A DNA stretch of 64,000 bases, from contig NC_047016.1 in NCBI RefSeq assembly GCF_902652985.1, positions 39,804,001 to 39,868,000 of the forward strand, in the 5' to 3' direction. Shown here piece by piece: positions 27,001 to 39,000 of the stretch; position 1 is the stretch's first letter, and each line of letters begins with the position of its first letter. The notes beneath the pieces were generated by a model, which was given only the letters and a program-made list of their open reading frames with translations, did not search any database and was not told the origin of the DNA. The stretch is from Pecten maximus. Lineage: Eukaryota. Made by a program: the position numbers and the translations under genes.

Positions 27001-30000
27001 GATAAAACCCCAAGGAAGCCGCTAGAACGCTAATTAACTTTGGCGTTACGCACGTGCATACTTACAAGAACATTTATATAAACCTATATTATCGGGTACG
27101 TACATTTCTACGGCAGGGGACTAATCAGTTATGCAAATGGAGTGAATGGAAAGCTGTTAGGCTGGACGTTTTGTTTGACCTTATCTCGACGGCAATTGAT
27201 AAACTGGTATCTAAAAATTTATATTATTACCATAAATTATAATATTTGGGACTGAAGCTAATTTTCCTTATGTAATATTCCTGTATGTTAAGTGTATTGC
27301 ACATATATACTAGGCAATTTTTGCATCATCTTAATTTTCATGATATTTGCATTATGGATACTTAAATACGTGAGTCTTGAGCAATTAAGATCATATTCCA
27401 CAAATATATGGAAATATCTATTAAATCATTTTAAGGCCACATATATACAAGGTTGTTTGAAGTAACTTTGGGGGAAAGTTTGTCAACTGGCGGGTCGTTA
27501 CAAAAAGAGACTGACCGTAAAAACAATGTTATGATTAAGAAATAAATCCTCAATTAACTAAGTTGAATGTTTAGAGTTTTGTCAATATCGGGATACAATC
27601 ACATTCGAGCGAGAATTTCATTAATTAATTAAATATTTACACAAATCCCCCCCCCCCCCCCCCCCCCCCCCCCAGATTAACTTGTGAAACTTTAGCTTAT
27701 GTTTTTATATACACATACTGAGAGGCTGTTGTATTCCTGATTCGTAGTAGGCAGAGGCACCGCCGGCGTCAGCAAATCGGACGACTGTTGCACGGACAAT
27801 GACAAATCGCCTTGGTCTTCTCCAAACGCAAAGAATCCTGGAGATGTGGCTGGAATTAATACAAAAATATCTAGCTGTGATATTATAGACTAAAACAACA
27901 CACAATTTTGTCCAAGATGCTAGAAATTACACCTTTTGTAACGACACCTGAATAGTACCCCTCCGTGACTGAGACAGTATAATATCGTCCCTGTGTGACT
28001 GAGACAGTATAATATCGTCCCTGTGTGACTGAGACAGTATAATATCGTCCCTGTGTGACTGAGACAGTAAAATATCGTCCTGTATGACTGAGACAGTATA
28101 ATATCGTGCCCGTGTGACTGAGACAGTATAATATCGTGCCCCGTGTGACTGAGACAGTATAATATCGTCCCCGTGTGACTGAGACAGTATAATATCGTCC
28201 CCGTGTGACTGAGACAGTATAATATCGTCCCTGTGTGACTGAGACTGTAGAACACCCCCCCCCCCCCCCCCCTCGCTTGTAAATGAGACAGTAGAATGTC
28301 CTCCATTTGTAATTGAAACAGTATAATGTTATCCTTTTGTGGTTGAGACAGTCGAATATTGCCCCGCTACGAATAATACAGTAGAATGTCACCCGTTTGT
28401 AATGGTGACAGCCAGGCGTCGCTTCTTTATGAATGAGACTTTGAACAAGGTGATTTTCGTCCATTTCTAGAGTTGACTTGATAGTGAATATTAAAAATTT
28501 ATTTTTCAATGCATTCATTTGGTTTTCACTCTAAATGATGCTTTTCATATTGATCATTCAAAAGCAGTACCTAGAAACTTTGTGAAATACCACTGCTCGA
28601 TCTGACCACCCAATAGTCTTTAACGCTGACAGCACAAGTTAAAAAGCTTTTAAATGAGATTTGAAAAATACGAAATTTCAGTATTGAGAAATCGTTTCTG
28701 AGATATACCTCCATCTCTAAGGAAGTGTCGACATTTCAGTTTGTGCTCTACATGGAGACGTATACCCGGACCCGACCTCTATATAAAGGTCCAGAATTAG
28801 TTAAACAAGTATCTCTCTTTCAATACGTACGCAACGCGTCACGTGTCAAACTATGTCCGTCGTCACGTGTCAAACTATGTCCGTTCTGGATCTCTCCACC
28901 AACCAATCCACGTTATTTTTACAATAGCAGAATTTATCAGAAAATGAGAGAAAAAAAAATACAATTTAGATTACATTCATATATGAAATAATCTCGACGA
29001 AAGACAAAAAACAACAAAATCGACTAACTATCCTCCCTTGTATAATTCAATATTATGCCCATATAAGCAAGAATGTGTAAAAGCAGTAATATTTCCAGAA
29101 ATATCCATCAGAATACGAATATTTGTCAAATATCCCAGAATTACTGGCACGTAGACTGCCAACCCCCTGTGGTCATGCTACATTTGTCAAGCGCACCTTT
29201 GACAGCGCGTGGCCACGATGTGGACGCACGTGAATAATGGAGGAACTATTTTAGATCTGTACATTTTCTGCCACTTATCATTTGAGTGCGAATTTTATTT
29301 TGAGAGGAATTTGGAGGATAGCTGGGAGGTACTGACCATCTTCCCTACTTCATTACGACCTAAGGTAAGTGTGTTGTCCTCCCTACTTCATTACTACCTA
29401 AGGTAAGTGTGTTGTCTTCCCTACTTCATTACGACCTAATGTAAGTGTGTTGTTCAGATCATGCAGTGTATACTACTTTACACGTGTGTTTGCCTGGAAG
29501 GTTGTTGGAGTGCAAGCAAGTGTGACAGTCGCACGAGCTTGTATACATTGTAGGTCAGTGTCGGTGCCCGTCAAAGCACAAGTCAAAATATCGGCACTTC
29601 CTTCAATACGACGACCGTAACAAACTGTAACCACAAGGGAACATCTCGAAAACGATTTCTGAATACTGAGACTTCGTACATATTTTAAAATCTCAATTGG
29701 AAGCTTTTGAACTTGCATTGTCAGCACAAGTTGGCATCCCATCTCCTTTACGCAGCACATGCACAGATTCGATCAGTCCACAAGTGCCTGACTCGTATCA
29801 TATAATAATAACATATAAGAGTACATAAATGGATATGTACTATTATATGTTATTATTATGTAAAACGAGTCCGGCACCTGTGATAGGATCAACACTGACA
29901 ACATCACAGTAGAACAATGTTTTGAAAAGAGCACACATCGCAGAGCTGACCGGTGGTGTACATAGCACAGGGGCCTGATAATTTGAGAGTCTTCTTGTAT

Positions 30001-33000
30001 TTGGACATTCCAGTGTGTGTGTAAAGCAAATTTTCAGACGTTTAGTGGGAAGATTAGAATTCGCTGCCGTAGTAATATCATACTGCCACAGTACTGTTGC
30101 CGTAGTACTACCATACTGCCACAGTCCTGTTGCCGTAGTACTACCATACTGCCACAGTACTGCTGCCGTAGTACTACCATACTGCCACAGTACTGCTGCC
30201 GTAGTACTACCATACTGCCACAGTACTGTTGCCGTAGTACTACCATACTGCCACAGTACTGCTGCCGTATTACTACCATACTGCCACAGTACTGCTGCCG
30301 TAGTACTACTATACTGCCACAGTACTGCTGCCGTAGTACTACCATACTGCCACAGTACTGCTGCCGTATAACTACCATACTGCCACAGTACTGCTGCCGT
30401 AGTACTACCATACTGCCACAGTACTGCTGCCGTATTACTACCATACTGCCACAGTACTGCTGCCGTAGTACTACCATACTGCCACAGTACTGCTGCCATA
30501 GTACTACATACTGCCACAGTACTGCTGCTGTAGTACTACCATACTGCCACAGTACTGCTGCCGTAGGACTACCATACTGCCACAGTACTGTTGCCGCAGT
30601 ACTACCATACTGCCACAGTACTGCTGCCGTAGTACTACCATACTGCCACAGTACTGCAGCCGTAGTACTACCATACTGCCACAGTACTGCTGCCGTAGTA
30701 CTACCATACTGCCACAGTACTGCTGCCGTATTACTACCATACTGCCACCGTAATTCTGCCGTAGTACTACCATACTGCTACCGTAATTATGCCGTAGTGC
30801 TACCATACTGCCACAGTACTGTTGCCGTAGTACTACCATACTGCCACAGTACTGCTGCCGTATTACTAACATACTGCCACCGTAATGCTGCCGTAGTACT
30901 ACCATACTGCCACCGTAATTCTGCCGTAGTGCTACCATACTGCCACAGTACTGTAGCCGTAGTACTACCATACTGCCACAGTACTGCTGCCGTATTACTA
31001 CCATACTGCCACACTACTGCTGCCGTATTACCACCATACTGACACAGTACTGCTGCCGTATTACTTCCATACTGCCACAGTACAACTGCTGTAGTACTAC
31101 CATACTGCCACAGTACTGTTGCCGTATTACTACCATACTGCTGCCGTGTTACCACCATACTGCCACAGTACTGCTGCCGTAGTACTACCATACTGCCACC
31201 GTAATGCCGCCGTAGTGCTACCATACTGCCACAGTACTGTTGCCGATTACTAACATCAACAGGATCGTGAATTAGCATGCTTCGTAACTATCTGGATTGG
31301 GTTTGGAAGCATAAGTGAAAACGCACGATATTGTCGTGAGAGTTCATCAGATAAAATAGCATCACCTTATTTTTCAAGAACTCTGAAGCTGTTTAAACTA
31401 TATCATTTCACTTCCGGTTGTGAAATCGAACCCAAGTCGTTTAGGTGAATGGCGATGCCACATGCCCAATATCAGGTCTCTTAGTTTCTTGGTTATTAGA
31501 AAGATGTTGTTTAAAAAGGCAGATATTACACCATGCTTTTTGCTTACTTGCATTTCAGGCAGGTCAGCTAAAAAATTACAGTATCCAAATATACATATAA
31601 TACAGAAAGTTGATCTCTAAGATATCACAAATTACACTGAAAACAAATAACAAAACTTAAAACACACCAACCTGTAGCAGTTGTTGTAGGGACATCAGTG
31701 GTTGTTGTCGGGACATCTGTGGTTGTTGTAGGGACATCGGTGGTTGTTGTAAGGACAACCGTTGTTGTAGGGACAGCTGTGGTTGTTGTAGGGACATCGG
31801 TGGTTGTTGTAGGGACAGCTGTGGTTGTTGTAGGGACATCGGTTGTTGTTGTAGGGACATCGGTGGTTGTTGTAGGGACAGCTGTGGTTGTGGTAGGGAC
31901 ATCGGTGGTTGTTGTAGGGATATCGGTGGTCGATGGAACTGTAGTGGTTACAGGAGCGACAGTTGTCGTAGGAGCTTTAGTGGTTGTAAGACCGCTACTG
32001 GTAGTCTCTGTAAGACCGACAGTAGTTGAAGGACCGGTAGTCGTTGGCTGTGTAGAACCAGAAGTGGTTGAAGGACCGGCAGTCGTTGACTGTGTAAAAC
32101 CAGAAGTGGTTGAAGGACCGGTAGTCGTTGACTGTGTAGAACCAGAAGTGGTTGAAGGACCGGTAGTCGTTGACTGTGTAGAACCAGAAGTGGTTGAGGG
32201 ACCGGTAGTTGTTGACACAGTAGAACCAGAAGTGGTTGAAGTACCGGTAGTCGTTGACACAGTAGAACCAGCAGTGGTTGAAGGACCGGTAGTCGTTGAC
32301 ACAGTAGAACCAGCAGTGGTTGAAGGACCGGTAGTCGTTGACTGTGCAAAACCAGAAGTGGTTGAAGTACCGGTAGTCGTTGACTGTGTAGAACCAGAAG
32401 TGGTTGAAGGACCGGTAGTCGTTGACACAGTAGAACCAGAAGTGGTTGAAGGACCAGTAGTTGATGACTGAGTAGAACCAGAAGTGGTTGAAGGACCGGT
32501 AGTCGTTGACTGTGTAGAACCAGAAGTGGTTGAAGGACCGGTAGTCGTTGACTGTGTAGAACCAGAAGTGGTTGAAGGACCGGTAGTTGTTGACTGAGTA
32601 GAACCAGAAGTGGTTGAAGGAGCGGTAGTCGTTGACTGTGTAGAACCAGAAGTGGTTGAAGGACCGGTAGTTGTTGACTGTGTAGAACCAGAAGTGGTTG
32701 AAGGACCGGTAGTTGTTGAGTGTGTAGAACCAGAAGTGGTTGAAGGACCGGTAGTTGATGACTGAGTAGAACCAGAAGTGGTTGAAGGACCGGTAGTTGT
32801 TGAGTGTGTAGAACCAGCAGTGGTTGAAGGACCGGTAGTCGTTGACACGGTAGAACCAGAAGTGGTTGAAGGACCGGTAGTTGTTGTCACAGTAGAACCA
32901 GAAGTGGTTGAAGGACCGGTAGTTGTTGTCACAGTAGAACCAGAAGTGGTTGAAGGACCGGTAGTTGATGACTGAGTAGAACCAGAAGTGGTTGAAGGAC

Positions 33001-36000
33001 CGGTAGTCGTTGACACAGTAGAACCAGAAGTGGTTGAAGGACCGGTAGTTGATGACTGAGTAGAACCAGAAGTGGTTGAAGGACCGGTAGTCGTTGACTG
33101 TGTAGAACCAGAAGTGGTTGAAGGACCGGTAGTTGTTGACTGTGTAGAACCAGAAGTGGTGGAAGGACCGGTAGTTGTTGACTGTGTAGAACCAGCAGTG
33201 GTTGAAGGACCGGTAGTCGTTGACACAGTAGAACCAGAAGTGGTTGAAGGACCGGTAGTCGTTGACACAGTAGAACCAGAAGTGGTTGAAGGACCGGTAG
33301 TTGTTGTCACAGTAGAACCAGAAGTGGTTGAAGGACCGGTAGTCGTTGACACAGTAGAACCAGAAGTGGTTGAAGGACCGGTAGTCGTTGACTGTGTAGA
33401 ACCAGAAGTGGTTGAAGGACCGGTAGTCGTTGACTGTGTAGAACCAGAAGTGGTTGAAGGACCGGTAGTCGTTGACTGTGTAAAACCAGAAGTGGTTGAA
33501 GGACCGGTAGTCGTTGACTGTGTAGAACCAGAAGTGGTTGAAGGACCGGTAGTCGTTGACTGTGTAGAACCAGAAGTGGTTGAAGGACCGGTAGTCGTTG
33601 ACTGTGTAAAACCAGAAGTGGTTGAAAGACCGGTAGTCGTTGACTGTGTAGAACCAGAAGTGGTTGAAGGACCGGTAGTTGTTGACTGAGTAGAACCAGA
33701 AGTGGTTGAAGGACCGGTAGTTGTTGACACAGTAGAACCAGAAGTGGTTGAAGGACCGGTAGTTGTTGAGTGTGTAGAACCAGCAGTGGTTGAAGGACCG
33801 GTAGTTGTTGACTGTGTAGAACCAGAAGTGGTTGAGGGACCGGTAGTTGTTGACACAGTAGAACCAGAAGTGGTTGAAGGACCGGTAGTCGTTGACTGTG
33901 TAGAACCAGAAGTGGTTGAAGGACCGGTAGTTGTTGACTCAGTAGAACCAGAAGTGGTTGAAGGACCGGTAGTCGTTGACAGTGTAGAACCAGAAGTAGT
34001 TGAAGGACCGGTAGTTGTTGACTCAGTAGAACCAGCAGTGGTTGAATGACCGGTAGTTGTTGACACAGTAGAACCAGGAGTGGTTGAAGGACCGGTAGTC
34101 GTTGACTCAGTAGAACCAGAAGTGGTTGAAGGACCGGTAGTCGTTGACTGTGTAGAACGAGAAGTGGTTGAAGGACCGGTAGTCGTTGACTGTGTAGAAC
34201 CAGAAGTGGTTGAAGGACCCGTAGTCGTTGATACAGTAGAACCAGCAGTGGTTGAAGGACCGGTAGTTGTTGACTCAGTAAAACCAGAAGTGGTTAAAGG
34301 ACCGGTAGTTGTTGACACAGTAGAACCAGAAGTGGTTGAAGGACCGGTAGTCGTTGACTCTGTAGGACCAGCAGTGGTTGTAGGACCGGTAGTTGTTGTC
34401 ACTGTAGGACCAGCAGTGGTTGAAGGACCGGTAGTCGTTGACTCAGTGGAACCAGAAGTCGTTGAAGGACCGGTAGTCGTTGACACAGTAGAACCAGAAG
34501 TGGTTGAAGGACCGGTAGTTGTTGTCACAGTAGAACCAGAAGTGGTTAAAGGACCGGTAGTCGTTGACACAGTAGAACCAGAAGTGGTTGAAGGACCGGT
34601 AGTCGTTGACTGTATAGAACCAGAAGTGGTTGAAGGACCGGTAGTCGTTGACTGTGTAGAACCAGAAGTGGTTGAAGGACCGGTAGTTGTTGACTGTGTA
34701 GAACCAGAAGTGGTTGAAGGACCGGTAGTTGATGACTGAGTAGAACCAGAAGTGGTTGAAGGACCGGTAGTTGTTGAGTGTGTAGAACCAGCAGTGGTTG
34801 AAGGACCGGTAGTTGTTGACTGTGTAGAACCAGAAGTGGTTGAGGGACCGGTAGTTGTTGACACAGTAGAACCAGAAGTGGTTGAAGGACCGGTAGTCGT
34901 TGACTGTGTAGAACCAGAAGTGGTTGAAGGACCGGTAGTTGTTGACTCAGTAGAACCAGAAGTGGTTGAAGGACCGGTAGTCGTTGACAGTGTAGAACCA
35001 GAAGTAGTTGAAGGACCGGTAGTTGTTGACTCAGTAGAACCAGCAGTGGTTGAATGACCGGTAGTTGTTGACACAGTAGAACCAGGAGTGGTTGAAGGAC
35101 CGGTAGTCGTTGACTCAGTAGAACCAGAAGTGGTTGAAGGACCGGTAGTCGTTGACTGTGTAGAACGAGAAGTGGTTGAAGGACCGGTAGTCGTTGACTG
35201 TGTAGAACCAGAAGTGGTTGAAGGACCCGTAGTCGTTGATACAGTAGAACCAGCAGTGGATGTAGAACCGGTAGTTGTTGTCACTGTAGGACCAGCAGTG
35301 GTTGTCGGACCAATAGTTGTTGTCACTGTAGGACCAGCAGTGGTTGTAGGACCAGTAGTTGTTGTCACGGTAGGACCAGCTGTGGTTGTCGGACCGGTAG
35401 TTGTTGTCACTGTAGGACCAGCAGTGGTTGAAGGACCGGTAGTCGTTGTCTCTGTAGGACCAGCAGTGGTTGTAGGACCGGTAGTTGTTGTCACTGTAGG
35501 ACCAGTAGTGGATGTAGAACCAGAAGTGGTTGAAGGACCGGTAGTCGTTGACTCTGTAGGACCAGAAGTGGTTGAAGGACCGGTAGTCGTTGACTCTGTA
35601 GGACCAGCAGTGGTTGTAGGACCGGTAGTTGTTGTCACTGTAGGACCAGCAGTGGTTGAAGGACCGGTAGTCGTTGACTCAGTGGAACCAGAAGTGGTTG
35701 CAGGACCGAAAGTTGTTGTCACTGTAGGACCAGCAGTGGTTGTATGTGCAGAAGTTGTTGTCACTGTAGGACCAGCAGTGGTTGTAGGACTAGTAGTTGT
35801 TGACTCTGTAGGACCAGCAGTGGTTGTCGGACCAGTAGTTGTTGCCACTGTAGGACCAGCAGTGGTTGTAGGTGCAGAAGTTGTTGCCACTGTAGGACCA
35901 GCAGTGGATGTCGGACCAATAGTTGTTGTCACTGTAGGACCAGCAGTGGTTGTCGGACCGGTAGTTGTTGTCACTGTAGGACCAGCAGTGGTTGTAGGAC

Positions 36001-39000
36001 CAGTAGTTGTTGTCACTGTAGGACCAGCAGTGGTTGTCGGACCGGTAGTTGTTGTCACGGTAGGACCAGCAGTGGTTGTAGGACTGGTAGTTGTTGTCAC
36101 TGTAGGACCAGCGGTGGTTGTAGGACCAGTAGTTGTTGTCACGGTATGACCAGCAGTGGATGTAGAACCGGTAGTTGTTGTCACTGTAGGACCAGCAGTG
36201 GTTGTCGGACCAATAGTTGTTGTCACTGTAGGACCAGCAGTGGTTGTAGGACCAGTAGTTGTTGTCTCTGTAGGACCAGCAGTGGATGTAGAACCGGTAG
36301 TTGTTGTCACTGTAGGACTAGCAGTGGTTGTCGGACCAGTAGTTGTTGTCTCTGTAGGACCAGAAGTGGTTGTAGGACCAGTAGATGTTGTCTCTGTAGG
36401 ACCAGCAGTGGATGTAGAACCGGTAGTTGTTGTCACTGTAGGACCAGCAGTGGTTGTCGGACCAATAGTTGTTGTCACTGTAGGACCAGCAGTGGTTGTA
36501 GGACCAGTAGTTGTTGTCACGGTAGGACCAGCTGTGGTTGTAGGACCGGTAGTTGTTGTCACTGTAGGACCAGCAGTGGTTGAAGGACCGGTAGTCGTTG
36601 TCTCTGTAGGACCAGCAGTGGTTGTAGGACCGGTAGTTGTTGTCACTGTAGGACCAGTAGTGGATGTAGAACCAGAAGTGGTTGAAGGACCGGTAGTCGT
36701 TGACTCTGTAGGACCAGAAGTGGTTGAAGGACCGGTAGTCGTTGACTCTGTAGGACCAGCAGTGGTTGTAGGACCGGTAGTTGTTGTCACTGTAGGACCA
36801 GCAGTGGTTGAAGGACCGGTAGTCGTTGACTCAGTGGAACCAGAAGTGGTTGCAGGACCGAAAGTTGTTGTCACTGTAGGACCAGCAGTGGTTGTATGTG
36901 CAGAAGTTGTTGTCACTGTAGGACCAGCAGTGGTTGTAGGACTAGTAGTTGTTGACTCTGTAGGACCAGCAGTGGTTGTCGGACCAGTAGTTGTTGCCAC
37001 TGTAGGACCAGCAGTGGTTGTAGGTGCAGAAGTTGTTGCCACTGTAGGACCAGCAGTGGATGTCGGACCAATAGTTGTTGTCACTGTAGGACCAGCAGTG
37101 GTTGTCGGACCGGTAGTTGTTGTCACTGTAGGACCAGCAGTGGTTGTAGGACCAGTAGTTGTTGTCACTGTAGGACCAGCAGTGGTTGTCGGACCGGTAG
37201 TTGTTGTCACGGTAGGACCAGCAGTGGTTGTAGGACTGGTAGTTGTTGTCACTGTAGGACCAGCGGTGGTTGTAGGACCAGTAGTTGTTGACTCTGTAGG
37301 ACCAGCAGTGGTTGTCGGACCGGTAGTTGTTGTCACTGTACGACCAGCAGTGGTTGTAGGACCAATAGTCGTTGACTCTGTAGGACCAGCAGTTGTTGAA
37401 GGTGAAGAAGTTGTTGTCAATGTAGGACCAGCAGTGGTTGTAGGACCAGTAGTTGTTGTCACTGTAGGACCAGCAGTGGTTGTCGGACCAGTAGTTGTTG
37501 TCACTGTAGGACCAGCAGTGGTTGTAGGACCAGTAGTTGTTGTCACTGTAGGACCAGCAGTGGTTGTCGGACCAGTAGTCGTTGACTCTGTAGGACCAGC
37601 AGTAGTTGTAGGTGCAGAAGTTGTTGTCACTGTAGGACCAGCAGTGGTTGTCGGACCAGTGGTTGTTGTCACGGTAGGACCAGAAGTGGTTGTCGGACCG
37701 GTAGTTGTTGTCACTGTAGGACCAGCAGTGGTTGTAGGACCGGTAGTTGTTGTCTCTGTAGGACCAGCAGTGGTTGTAGGACCGGTAGTTGTTGTCACTG
37801 TAGGACCAGCAGTGGTTGTAGGACCGATAGTTGTCACTGTAGGACCAGCAGTGGTTGTAGGACCAGTAGTTGTTGTCACGGTATGACCAGCAGTGGATGT
37901 AGAACCGGTAGTTGTTGTCACTGTAGGACCAGCAGTGGTTGTCGGACCAATAGTTGTTGTCACTGTAGGACCAGCAGTGGTTGTAGGACCAGTAGTTGTT
38001 GTCTCTGTAGGACCAGCAGTGGATGTAGAACCGGTAGTTGTTGTCACTGTAGGACTAGCAGTGGTTGTCGGACCAGTAGTTGTTGTCTCTGTAGGACCAG
38101 AAGTGGTTGTAGGACCAGTAGATGTTGTCTCTGTAGGACCAGCAGTGGATGTAGAACCGGTAGTTGTTGTCACTGTAGGACCAGCAGTGGTTGTCGGACC
38201 AATAGTTGTTGTCACTGTAGGACCAGCAGTGGTTGTAGGACCAGTAGTTGTTGTCACGGTAGGACCAGCTGTGGTTGTCGGACCGGTAGTTGTTGTCACT
38301 GTAGGACCAGCAGTGGTTGTAGGACCAGTAGTTGTTGACTCTGTAGGACCAGCAGTGGTTGTAGGACCAGTAGTTGTTGTCACTGTAGGACCAGCAGTGG
38401 TTGTAGGACCAGTAGTTGTTGACTCTGTAGGACCAGCAGTGGTTGTCGGGCCGGTAGTTGTTGTCTCTGTAGGACCAGCAGTGGTTGTAGGACCTGTAGT
38501 TGTTGTCTCTGTAGGACCAGCAGTGGTTGTAGGACCAGTATTTGTTGTCACTGTAGGACTAGCAGTGGTTGTAGGACTGGTAGTTGTTGTCTCTGTAGGA
38601 CCAGCAGTGGTTGTCGGACCAGTAGTTGTTGTCACGGTAGGACCAGCAGTGGTTGTCGGACCGGTAGTTGTTGTCCCGGTAGGACCAGCAGTGGTTGTCG
38701 GACCGGTAGTTGTTGTCACTGTAGGACCAGCAGTGGTTGTAGGACCAGTAGTTGTTGACTCTGTAGGACCAGCAGTGGTTGTCGGGCCGGTAGTTGTTGT
38801 CTCTGTAGGACCAGCAGTGGTTGTAGGACCTGTAGTTGTTGTCTCTGTAGGACCAGCAGTGGTTGTAGGACCAGTAGTTGTTGTCACTGTAGGACTAGCA
38901 GTGGTTGTCGGACCAGTAGTTGTTGTCACTGTAGGACCAGCAGTGGTTGTAGAACCGGTAGTTGTTGTCTCTGTAGGACCAGCAGTGGTTGTAGGACCAG

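Noticed and set aside
26867-28272. Poly-C tracts (G-runs on the transcript) as G-quadruplex regulators
   Set aside because: Simple homopolymers that occur in both orientations in the window (e.g. a G-run near 56590); no evidence of function.
29473-29760. 95-aa Cys-containing minus-strand ORF as an extra mucin exon
   Set aside because: No recognisable domain or convincing splice sites; exons 31672 and 27849 already join in phase.
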